From Paragordius varius (taxonomy: Eukaryota > Animalia > Nematomorpha): a DNA stretch of 64,000 nucleotides. Where the stretch lies: NCBI GenBank assembly GCA_964247055.1, contig OZ176052.1, positions 2,294,001 through 2,358,000 on the forward strand, read 5' to 3'. Under the pieces are notes generated by a model. The model saw only the letters and a list, made by a program, of their open reading frames with translations. It had not been told where the DNA came from and searched no databases. The first letter of the stretch is position 1. Each line of letters begins with the position of its first letter. A program made the translations under genes and the position numbers. This document shows, in pieces, positions 27,839 to 40,674 of the stretch.

Positions 27839-30800
27839 TAACCTTTTTATAACATTAAATTAAGTAGCATATATTCAAAAAATTCAAAATAAAATTACAA
27901 ACCTCATATTTCAAAAGTGTTATAGTACAAAATTTTTGTGGAGCTTTTGATGGCGCATTCAAAATAACGGTAGGGGGTAAAGGAGGTAAGGTTGCATTAG
28001 TATATGCATTAGATTTGGTTTTATTTGACCCTAGACTATTAACATTATTATTGGTGTTATTATTGAATTTCCGTATAAGATAATTGCGTAAATCAGATCC
28101 AACCAATATAAAATTATCACGATTATTATCATTATTGCTCATGTTTTCATTTGTAGCACCCATAGATCTAAAAGAATTTTGAATCAAAAAAAGTTATAAA
28201 ATTATCTTTTTTTTTTCGAAAGATTAAACGGTTTTCCTCAATATGAAAAATTTTTCTATTAATTCACGGTTCAGCTTTAAATTTTTAAAAATCCTAAATG
28301 ATCATAATAATTTACTGTAATTGAAAAGAAATCTTGTTTTTTTGTGTTCTTTTAACTTAAATTTTACATGTGGATCATACTCTAACGGATCATAAGAAAA
28401 TATAGATTTATACTTAAATCTAATAAATTTTATTGAATCGAAATAAAATTAATAATTACTTTAACCAAAAATATCAAATTTTATTATATATACACTACAT
28501 GAAAAATCTATGAAATAACCTTAATATATGATTATTAACACTTTTTATCACCACGTTGGCACAACCCAATGTGTTGGATAATAATGATAGCTGATAAGAT
28601 TTTAAGTTTAAAGTTTTATTCTGTATGGGTTCTGATGTCTCATGATCTTTCAAATCATTTTGAGAACATTTGTTGGATTCGCTTAGCTTGGTGGAGTTAG
28701 ATACGGCATTAACTGTTAGTAGATGTCGTAATTTAGCTGGAAGTATGAGTTTTATTGAACCGTGAATCAAATTGGAGTTGCTATGGTAACAGAACAAAAA
28801 CAGAATATATGTGTAAAAAAGTGTATTTTTAGAGCAAAAATTAAAAAGATTGATTTGGTAAATGGTTGTATGAGTTTTAATCTTTAAATCTGTAAGGTTG
28901 ATACTATTTTGTTCCAACTAAATTTTAAGGATTGATTAAGTACTAAATAATATAAAATTTAATGTATTAATAATTATGCTAAAATGCGTATATGATAAAA
29001 AATTTATTAGTTTTTATAATAAAAGATGTAATGATTTCATTAAATGAAATAAAAATAAAAAAATATTACATTTAACAGCATTATTTAATTATCCTAAATT
29101 TTAGCATATCAACAAAGTTTGCCAATACTCTCCAAAAACTATGTTGGTGGTAAAAAAAACTTACAAAAAAATTATTAAGTTTATAAAACTTAATAGCTCT
29201 TTTTCACAGCATACCTGTTTGATTCGAACGAAAATGGCTTTTCACTTTTGTTATTACAATGATGCGGTAAATTAATTTTCTCATGGGTCCATAGTACGGC
29301 TTTAAAACCAATCTGATGTGCTTTTTTATTTCTATTCCCTAATGAGGAGTTGTGAAGCGATGATGATAAACCACTGACACTGAGTGCCGAATCTGACCAT
29401 ATTGAAACGCTATTCTATTTTTACATTATGATTTTAACATAGTAAAAATTGAAATTATTAGCACAAACCAAATTTAAAAATATACAATGAATGCTAAAAT
29501 ATATATATATAAAGTTTTTAATCTCGATTTTTTGTAAAACTCATTGTTGTTTTACGCTTGAAAAGTATGGAATAAATTGGTAAAACAATCAATAATTATT
29601 TTACTTATTTGTGATTAAATAATAATAATAATAATATAGGAAAAACTAAGGTTTTATAAAGTATGGTTGGTAGTCTTTTGAAAAATATTTGACTAGCTTT
29701 TAACTATGTTTTATTTGTGTATAAAATTTTTAGTGAATAAAAAAATAGATAAACTGGGAATTCGTGTAATTATAAAAATGTAAAATATTTTGAAAATTAT
29801 ATATAAAAACCATTGAAGTATTTTCTTCAGTTTGAGATTCATCTGGATCATAATGGTCTTCTAATTCATCTTCGCCACAAGTTAAACTAAAAACAGTGTT
29901 AGTTTCATCATTTTCACAGGTTTCTGAATTTTGCTTACACTCATATATATCAGTATCCAATTCATTATCTGTCATGTCTGAGAAGGTAGTATTACTTTTA
30001 ACATTAAAATTATCGTTTTTTATTCCAAAATTTTCAACAAGGCCAATTTTGCCCAGAAAATTAGACGGGATTTGTGAACGTTTTTTCCGCCGTGTTTGTT
30101 GATGTAATCGATATGTAGGATAATTATTCTCATCATCATCATTGATATCCATATTTGAATCTATATCCAAATCCAAATTTTCATCGAGAGTATCGTTATG
30201 ACCTTTATTAATTAAAGTCTCATTATTGCTTTTGGTATTAGTAAAAGATAGTGGAAAACGAGATATTTTGTGTTCATTCATGACATTTGTAATAAACTTA
30301 TAGTCGGTAGAATCTGGATTAATTTTTTATGAAAATATTTTCGATCTGAGCATAAGTTCATTTATGCAAAAAAATATCCATAAAATGTTGTTTTTAAACT
30401 TAAAAAGGTATATTTTTTCATAATACTAATTAATTACACAATTAATAGATATGTGATAAATATAAAAAAATATTTCACCTTCATTTCCATATTTACCAAG
30501 GTCAGAAGGAACGATTCCACCAATTAATGTTGAATCTTTATTATCGTCTAAAATCAAATATTTTTTTCAGAATAAAATTAATAGCCTTAATAAAATATGT
30601 TTTTTCAATTTAAATATTTTACCAAAATCTCACAAATTTAAAACTTACCATTTATATCAAGATTAGATCCTGGGCTATAAATAGGTTTTCGACATTGCGG
30701 ATAATTATAACTTTGTATGAATAACATTTCAGCATTATCATTATTTTTTGTAATATTATCATTAGATTGCTTATGAATATCAATATTACCGACATTATTT

Positions 30801-33299
30801 TGAGGTATTTGATTAGTGGGCTGGAATTCACGAGAATCATTTATGGATACTAAAAAAACAATAAATTATCCTAATTAATAACTTCTACAGTTTTATTTTT
30901 TTAAAGAGTTGTTAATTTATAAATAAATAAAAATTAGTTTTAATTTTATTTAGCTAAAAAATGGGCACAAAAAAGACAAAATGGTTCGATTCGCACAAAA
31001 AGAGGTAAAGTGGGTTAACTTATAAAAGTTTGACTTTATATCATTCATTTAACAATTATATATAGTTTTATCACCCTTAATAATCAAAAATAAAAATAAA
31101 TTTATTAACTTGATTTAAAATAAACTTTCATATCTATATAGTTTTTAAATACTCAAAAATTTTAAAAAAACTATATTTAGTGAATTAGGGAAAAAGGAAT
31201 TCTTAGCACATTAGTCAAGAGTATTTATGTGATTTTGGACTAAAAAATCCAATACTTTGGTTGTTTTGTTGGCTAATGGTTGAAGATAGCTGGGTGTTAT
31301 GTAAAGGAGCAGATATAATTTGTTTCATACATAAGAATTTTGATGCATTCGAAGATGTTAAATCATATCTTAAAAAAGGACATTAAAATAATATGATTAT
31401 ATACCATTTACAATTCGAATTCACCATGGAACAATTCGTTCAAATTCACCCTCGAACAATTCAAATTCACCCTAAAAATAAATTATGTGTTTCCGGGCTA
31501 ATATAAAACTTATCATTAATATATATTCTTAAGGCATGGTATAATATTTTTTGAGGATTTTAATTTTAAACTTAATTGTAATTTTTTTAAATAAAAAAAT
31601 ATATGTAATTTAAATCTTTTAAAAAACACATAATTTTTTTAGGGGTGAATTTGAATCAAGGGTGAATTTAAATTGTTTAAGGGTGAATTGAACTGTATAT
31701 GGTATATGTTTAAAAAATAAAATTTTGTTTTGAATTAAAATAATATTGAAAAATAATAAACTATGACATAAAGCTACATTTAATATTAATAATGAGTTAT
31801 ATTTGTTCGAAAACACATAATTTATTTTTAGGGTGAATTTAAATTATTCAAGCGTAAATTTGAATTATTCAAGCGTAAATTTGAATTGTTCGAGGGTGAA
31901 TTTGAACTGTAAATGGTATAATATCCCACTATGGGTTCATTATTAGCGGACTATTAATCCCTTTAAAATGATATCCATACATTTTGAGTTTAGGATAAAA
32001 AATAGCCTATTTTTGAAACTAAACAAAAATGAGTAAACATTTTTTTATATATAAGTATACCTATCGTAAGAATTCGTTTTCTCATGATATGGAATGCTAT
32101 CTTGTACCGTTAAATCAGTATTACAATTATAAATGTAATTTTGGTTGATATTTCCATTCGTTTGCATTTTGTTGTTATTATTCATATGTTTATTAGTGTT
32201 AAAAGAAGAGGTGGGAGGGACTATTTGATCAAAATCTTCGCTTCGACATCGTGTCATATTAGTACCACTTATATTTCTGGAATAAATATTTTTTCAGAAT
32301 AAATATTTAAATTTTTATAAATTTAAAAAATTATATCTTTTAAAATATAGCAAATTGTTATTATTTAATAATGAAAATACATTATCTGGTAGAGGTTGTT
32401 AAAATTTAAAACTCTATTAAAACAATTTAAATGATATGAATAATTTAAACATTTACAGTTATCTGTTTTAATTAATCTTTTTAAACCATAATTTTAAATT
32501 AAAAGGCCTGCCGCAAAGAAATTTAGAAATCTATAAGAGCAAAAATATACTGACAAAATCCTAGAAATATTGATAATTCTACAATTTTCTCCAAAATAAG
32601 TCTATTCAATTGGCAAGAACTGGAAAAATTGTTTATTATATTGTGTTTGTATAATCTGATAAATTATTCATGAATGTCTATAGATATTTCAGATGCGGCC
32701 CGCTAGTTTTTAAGTTAAAAATGCGGCATGCGAAGCCATTTGTGTTAGATACCTACCCCTGCTTTACATTCCAATGTAAATTTAAGTGTGAAAACCATCA
32801 AAATAAATGTATAATAAATACATAACCTTGTTCGTAGGCGCTGATTTCGGGAGCGATATGGTTGTCCCTAAAATGAATAAAATAATTATAGAAATTGGTA
32901 AAATTCCCGGTAATAAAAGAGCAAATTATTTGGATGATATAACACTATTTAGAACAATGATCGGTTAAAAAAATCAAACAATGATATATAAATATAAAAA
33001 GTTTAAATTAAAACATTTCGCCAATAATGTATTTATAATAAATACATTATTATTAAAACGATGTACGTTTTGTATTATTTAGTTAAAACATATATTGGCA
33101 TTTGTGGTAACAATTAACTGGTTATAATGGTAAATGATCACATTCATTAAGTGATCGGACCAGTTTAAATGAGATTATTTATATTCGTATGTGGAACAAC
33201 TTTAATATACATATATATTTATAAGTATATACTTTAAAGCAATAGAAAGTCCATTTTTATAAATAATTATCTTATTTTTAACATAAATCGATTCAAATA

Positions 33300-33343
<44 letters not shown>

Positions 33344-36300
33344 AACTTACCGTTAATTGCGGTGATATAACTAATTTATCTACGGATTTCTTCAATTCTT
33401 CTAGTGAAAGTTGGCTGCCATCGTAATTTGCACTGGCTGTAGTTGTTGGATATAATGATGAATTTATGCTTTTCGGATTATTATTGCATGTATCAGTGTA
33501 TGAGTACCTTTGAATCTCTGAAACAATTATGGGTTTAATTTCAATTCGTAACATTGGGTTAATTCCGCCCTTATTACCACGACGAGCACTAAAACCTGGT
33601 AAGAAAGGTAAAAATATAAGATGTGTAACAAAAACTTGGGTAGAAAATGGTTATTTAGTGATTTTTATAATTTTTTGGTTATAAAATTTAAAAAATGTTC
33701 CAAAAATATAATGGGTTTAATTAATGAATTATTAAGTATTTTTTTTTAAAATTCACCAGCATAAGTGATATACCATTTATAATTCGAATTCACCCTTGAA
33801 CAATTTAAATTGACCCTCTAACAATTCAAATACACCCTCAAATAAATTATGTTTTATAAGAACAAAAATCACCTATATTTTAGTATGTTTTTAAAAACTA
33901 ATATTTTGTTTTAAACACTGAAAAAATAATAAAATATGCCATGAAGATATAATTCATATTAATAATGAATTATATTAGTTCAAAAACACCTTATTTATTT
34001 TTAGGGTGAATTTGAACTGTTAATGGTATCTTTAAATTAAGAAATAAAATTATCATCAGTCATTGACATAAAAAAGCAAAAAATCATTTTTGCAACAAAA
34101 ACACGGGGCCTGTAAAAAATTGTTTTCTCTTATGGTGTAATTTAAGTGTTTAAGATAGATTTATTTTAATAAACTTTCCAATCTTAAACCATTGTTAACA
34201 AAATTTTGAAAAAGGCGTTATAACCGGGATAAATCATTTCTATAAAAAATGAGGAAAAAAAATTAATTTTTCACCAAAAAAATGTAAAGGTGTTCTTCAA
34301 CTTACAACAATAATCTGTTCGGACATAGAAAAATTTGACTCTCTATATGAATAATATTTAATTAAATGTAATTTATAAATGAGTTTATCAAATTAAAGTT
34401 GACAGTTAATCAGAATAACAAAAACATTATTTTTAAATACATAAACTTAAAGGCCAAAAATATGATATATTTATACCATCAGGGTTATCTGAATCATCGG
34501 ATGATGTTTCCTCGTTTGAACTATTGAAAGAAGAACCTGGAAAATCAAAATTTAAAGTAAAAATTAAAATTATATAAAACGTAAAAATTAAAAAATAATA
34601 TTTTTTGATCCTTGATTTATTCCATATATTACCAAATTGAGTAGAATTGCAAATTGACTTTATAATCAATTTATACCCTTTTTCAAGCTATATACAATAG
34701 ATTATAACATAAAAAATTAAGATTGAAAAAAATTGATTGTCTTTATAAAATATATTTTGATTTTTATGTAATAACTTCATTTTTTACTCCAATATGCAAC
34801 AATATCCCCTATTAGGGATAATGTCATGTTTTTTAATAATCAGTGCCTTAAAAATTAGCTCATACTGAACATCATGCACTTTTTCTATTATTAAATAAGT
34901 TCTCACGTTTTTAAGTTAACAACTGTCGTGTTAAAAAAAATTATTTTACTTTATAAAAATATAGTTTTAATTTTAAATAAAAAAAACGTTTTTTTTACAT
35001 ATTTTGTTAAGTGTTTTAGCGCGAATAGACAGTAATATTTTTCCCATGGACTCATTATATTGCTTATATGTGTTACTGTAAATTTTTTGTCAACTTTCTA
35101 CAAATACAAAGAATTTTTTGAAAATTAAAAAAAGTCCTAAAATTTGTTACGTTGTTTTGGTAAGGAGGGTGGACTGGGTGGTCTTATAGAATAACCCTCA
35201 TCATCAACCAATATCTGGTTGGCTTGTGAGCCTTTCTTATTCTAAAATTTGAAGAAAAAATATTTTAAATCTTATTTAAATCCTATTTAAAATGTAACTT
35301 TTAAAAGTTAAACATTTTTTTTGAATAAAATATTTAACACTCAATTTTGTTCGGCAAAAAAACGATGAATTTTAAGTTAGTTAAAAAAGTATAAAATAAA
35401 AAATGTGAGGTATATTATAAAAGTAAAAACTCTATTTGCAATTGTTACCATTAGATTATTTTATATATTATAATTAGTATAGCTTTTAAATTATATGATT
35501 TTTAAGTTTGTTTTACATTTAAAATAAAATAATTAAAGTTAATTATATACTAGATTTCGATAAGCAGACACGTCCAAAGCATTGGCCGTCAATGTTTTAC
35601 TAAATAACCATTTTAATATTAATAATAAAATCAAATTCGTAAAAATATTCATATAATACTAGAAATATAAATAAATATTGAATTTGTTGATATCATTTTG
35701 ATATATCTTTATAAAAAATTGAGGCAATTATATTTGTAGCAAGTATTAAAAGTACGAAAAATTTTTTTTAACCTGTTACAAACCGTTAACTTAAAATTAA
35801 AACCGCTTCAAAGATCATACCCAATTTTCGAAAAAAAATGCCAATTTTATAATTGTCTCAAATTAAAACGCTTGCGATTACTCTTACAATCTAAAACATT
35901 TTAAATCATTGATTTTTTTTTCGCAAAACCAATTGCTGTTTATACCACATTTAATTAATAAATAAATAATTTAGATTTGATAAAAAGATAATTAAAGTTT
36001 TTTTATAAATTTTTATAAGTAAAATGATCACTTTTCCATAGGTGGGGACGTAAAAGATGTATCTAATGAAGAGAATTGTGACGAACTCGTTGGTGTATAT
36101 GTGATACTATTTATATCATTCTCATTACTTTTTTCATTTAAGACGTTTTTGTTTGTTTCAACAATTTTATCTTTGCTACTTGTGGGATTTTGTGTTTTAT
36201 GGACGGTTGATTTTAATTTGCTAACAAAAGTTTTAGCACTTCCAGCACTATTTGATGTTTTATTTGTTATGGGTGGCTTTTTCAAAGAGGGCACATTTGA

Positions 36301-39300
36301 TTTAGATTGATTCATATCATTTTTAGCAGCAAGGTTTGCAGAATTTTTTTTGCCCAATTTTGTGACTTCTGGCTTTCGTTTAGTACGGCCTTTAAAAAAG
36401 CCTAAAACAATATATATAGACATAAAAAATAATTAAATAAATTTTTTAGATTAAAATAAGGGAAAATTAGTGATGTGATTTTTAAAAAAAATGGTATCTT
36501 CAAAAGTATTGAGTTATCACGGAAAGCTGTATGCAAAAAGTACCAAGATTTACCTATTTTATTAATAAAAATGTGTGGTATTATGAATATAATTTAAATA
36601 TATCACATCTTAACCACCAAATGTTTTATTATTATTATTATAATGTTTAAAAAATACGAAATAACAACATGTATTCTATAATCAAACCAATATTTAAAAT
36701 CAATCAAACTGTATTAATATTTTTCTCAAATTTGTTAAACATTTTTTTTATCAAAAATAATTGATTCTTACCAAAACCAGAGGAGGAATTGGTCGTTGAT
36801 ACTGTCGATCGAATTGATTGATTAGTTTTAGTGCTGGAAGTTGTTACATTGTTACTATCCACAGTTTTAATACTGCTCTCCTCTTGTGAAACGAACGATC
36901 GATTGAGTATATTATTGTCATCAGTGCTATTTTCAGAGTTGTTTCTGTTTTCTTTATTTTCATTTTTAAGGGCGCCAACATTAATTTTTTTTGGATTTTT
37001 ATCATCATTAGAGAGCAGTTCTTTTTCTGTCACATTTCCGACATCTACCGAGTTTCTAAATTTATTATCAAGGATAATTGGGTTAGTTTCATTAGTATTC
37101 GTCATATAAGTTGAGATAACATCATTTGCCGTATAGCGTGGAACCAATGTTTCATATATTGGCATTGGAGTTGAGGTATTTACAAGGTTTTTATCATTTC
37201 CATCATATAAATTGTTGGATAAAGAAGTAGGTAAACGTTCCAAATTTTGAGTATTAAAGAATGTTTGTGTTTGATTTGCATCGATTTTACTATTAGATAC
37301 TATTGTGGTATTCATCATATAGCTGCTATTATATATACTTGTATCATAAGTGTTTTCAAATGCTTTTAACTCTGCGAAATTAAACGTTTTAATGTCATTC
37401 GGCGGTTTTGTTGGGGTTGGACTTTGAGTGGGAGATTCGATGAAATTTAAATCATTGCCCGTTTTTGCAACTGTTAAAGGGTTACCGGATTTATTGTTAA
37501 AATTCGTTGTATTACCAACAACACCACCAATTTTCCCTAAAAAGGCATCAAACTTACTTGTGGTAGATGATGAAGTATTACTTGATGTGATTGATGGAGA
37601 TTTTTTCTTTTTATTAAGTCCCACATGACAAGTTTCACTTTTATTATCGATTTTGTCTTTATCATTTTTGCCAATATTATCAATATTTGTGTGCTGAGTA
37701 GTTGAATTGTGGTGATATATCGAATCCAATAACTTATCAAAAATGATAATTTCTACACAAATATAAATGGGTAAAAATAATCATAGTGTATTATCTTTAA
37801 ATTATACCATTTGCACTTCAAAAGTGTCCTGGAACATTTGAAGTTAGTCCTTGAACAGTTCAAATTGATCCTTGAACAAATTGGTCTTTGAACAGTTTAA
37901 GTTGCTCCTTGAACATTTCAGGTTGGTCCTTGAATTTGTAACTATGCCAAAATCTCTAAACCATTTAAATTAAATAATTTTTATATATTTTATCAAATTT
38001 TAGGTCATAATTGTTATATGCAATAGTATTACTTATAATTATCCAAATTAATTTTTTATAAATTATGAACCTATTTAGAGTCTAATAATCAGAAACTATT
38101 AAACAACCATCATTTATCAAATTTTTTTATAAAATATGTGTGTGTGTTATAATTTAGTGTAGTGACTCTTAGCTTCCTCATAATTAATGTTCTCCATTTT
38201 TGTGATCCTGTGATTCTCTCAACAATTGAGGAAAATTTCGGTTTGTTATTGATTTAAGCATGTCGATCCACCGCTTTTTGGGTCAGCCCCTTCTGCGGGT
38301 GCCATCTACCAACCCAAAAAGTATGCTTTTTTCTAGCGAGTCGGATCGCAGGATATGAATTATAGAATAATCACAAATATAAATGTATGATTAATTATGA
38401 GTGTGTATAAGGATTTTCTTATGCTGCATTTATTAGATTCTATATCATTTTTGTATATCCTATCACATCCGATTCTGTGATAGCTTTAAAGGCTTCTAAA
38501 ATCGGACAGATGTATCCACCTCCATTGATAACATATCACATACATATTTTTTTATTTTATCGGAAGCTATATGGAGATAGAAATGAAATTTTATAAGATT
38601 AATTGATGGCAATATCAGTCAATGAATTTTTTGAATTTTTGCATTATCCAAAATAAAATGAATATCTTCTAAATTAAATGAGTTGAGATGTATAGAGAGA
38701 TTCTGAAAAAAATTTGCAAAAATATTAGAATTAACATTTCATACTCTATATGCGAGTGCACTATACCAGCCAATCCTAGGGCTGCTATAAAAGTAACATT
38801 TCTTCCTTTAACGTTTGGCAATTTTGCAATCGCTCTTGTTCCCTTTTTGGATCTTCCATAGTTTCGTCTTAAGTGGTTATGGAATCCTGACTCATCGATT
38901 TTTTTGCAATTTTTTTAAAATCTCTGTCATCTCAACTCATCCAATTTAGAAGATATTCATTTTATTCTGGATAACGCTAAAATTCAGATAAAAATTCATT
39001 AACTGACATTGATGTCAATTATTATTATAAAATTTCATTTCTATCTCCATATAGCTAATTCGATAAAATAAAAACTTATGTATGAATTATGTTATTAAGG
39101 GAGGTGGATACATCACTGTCCGAAGTAATTTTAAAAGCCTCTAAAGCTATCACAGAATCGAATGTGATAGGATATACAAAATTGTTAACTAAGAATCTGA
39201 TAAATGCAACATCAGGAAATCCTTATACACACTCATATCATACAATATTTGTGATTATTCTATAATATACAATAAATATATTTTATAAAAAAAATATGGT

Positions 39301-40636
39301 TGTTTCAATTGTTTCCGATTATTTGACACTATATAGGTTCATAATTTAAAAAATTTAATTAGGATAATTACAAATAATACTATTGCAAATAACAATTATG
39401 ACCTAAAATTCGATAAAATATATAAAAAATATTTAATTTAAATAGTTTAGAGTTTTTGGCATAGTTACAGATTCAAGGACCAACTTGAAATGTTCAAGGA
39501 CCAACTTGAACTGTTTAAGGACAAACTTGAAGTGTTCAAGGACAGTCTTGAGGTGCAAATGGTATATCAAAATTGGAATTATTAAAAAGTAGCACAGACG
39601 AAACTCTTTTCGCATTGCACGGTATATATTTGGCAAAAATAAAATGGCTGTTTTAAAAAAACTCGCCAACTATTAATCAACATACAGAGAATGAGCCAAA
39701 ATATACGGCTTACATTCCCTATTAGAGCATAGAAATGCTCCATTCTTGTAAAGAATTTTTCGTTTTTTAATTGATCCATAAAAAAATCGGTTTTATAATG
39801 ATAAAAAAAAGATAATATTTTACAAATAGGGGTTTGACAGTCTCCTATAAATCTGTTTTATACGAATTATAAGTATTAATAAGCATATATTAGGGATAAC
39901 AGTATTAAACTTAAATTATATTTTAAATTATAATATTGCAAATGAATATTAATGTACATTAGTTTAAACCTGGTAGATCTTCGCCCGTTTTTCGTTTTTG
40001 AATAAATGTGGCAAGGATATTGTTGGTATGTGCATTCTCAATTTTCTTTTTGCTCTCTTCATTAATCTATATTATGATAGGAAATTAAATTTGTATAAAT
40101 AAATATATATATATATATATATATCATACCCTAATTAATTTTTCAGCGCAATCAGTCGTATATTATGATTAAAAGGTACTATTCAAATTAATTTATCCAT
40201 TGAATATAACCAGGATTATTAATAATTGAAAAATAAATTAATTGAAATTCCTTAAACAATTCAAATTCCCCCTTGAACAATTCAAATTCACCCTGAAAAT
40301 AAATTATGTGTTTTTGGGCTTAAATAGTTAATTATTAAAATGAAATATATATTTATGTCTTTTCAGTCTTGTTTTAATTTTACAAAAATTTTATTTTTAA
40401 AAAATATGGGTAATTAGAGGAATTGTTCGAGGGGTATATTAGACAAAACGTTAAATTTTTATTTTGTTAGTGGTCTTGTTATGGATAATAGGTATTATAT
40501 TTTTTTAAAAATAATAGTATTATAAGGCCCAACACCTCTGAAAGAAGCAATATTGATTAAAAATGTAGATGTTTGAAATTTGAAAAATCTAAAGAATACC
40601 TATAGAAAACAGCAGGTATAATGTATTTAAATAAAA

Positions 40637-40674
<38 letters not shown>

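Noticed and set aside
34050-34065. Other CTGATGA occurrences (e.g. 34054 minus, 19599, 27353, 63826) as further hammerheads
   Set aside because: No stem II followed by GAAA and no NUH/stem I pairing.
39582-39779. 65-aa ORF next to the palindromic element as an FCHO exon
   Set aside because: The FCHO model splices in phase from 39970 to 37752 (GEDLP|EIIIFD) without it; no recognisable homology.
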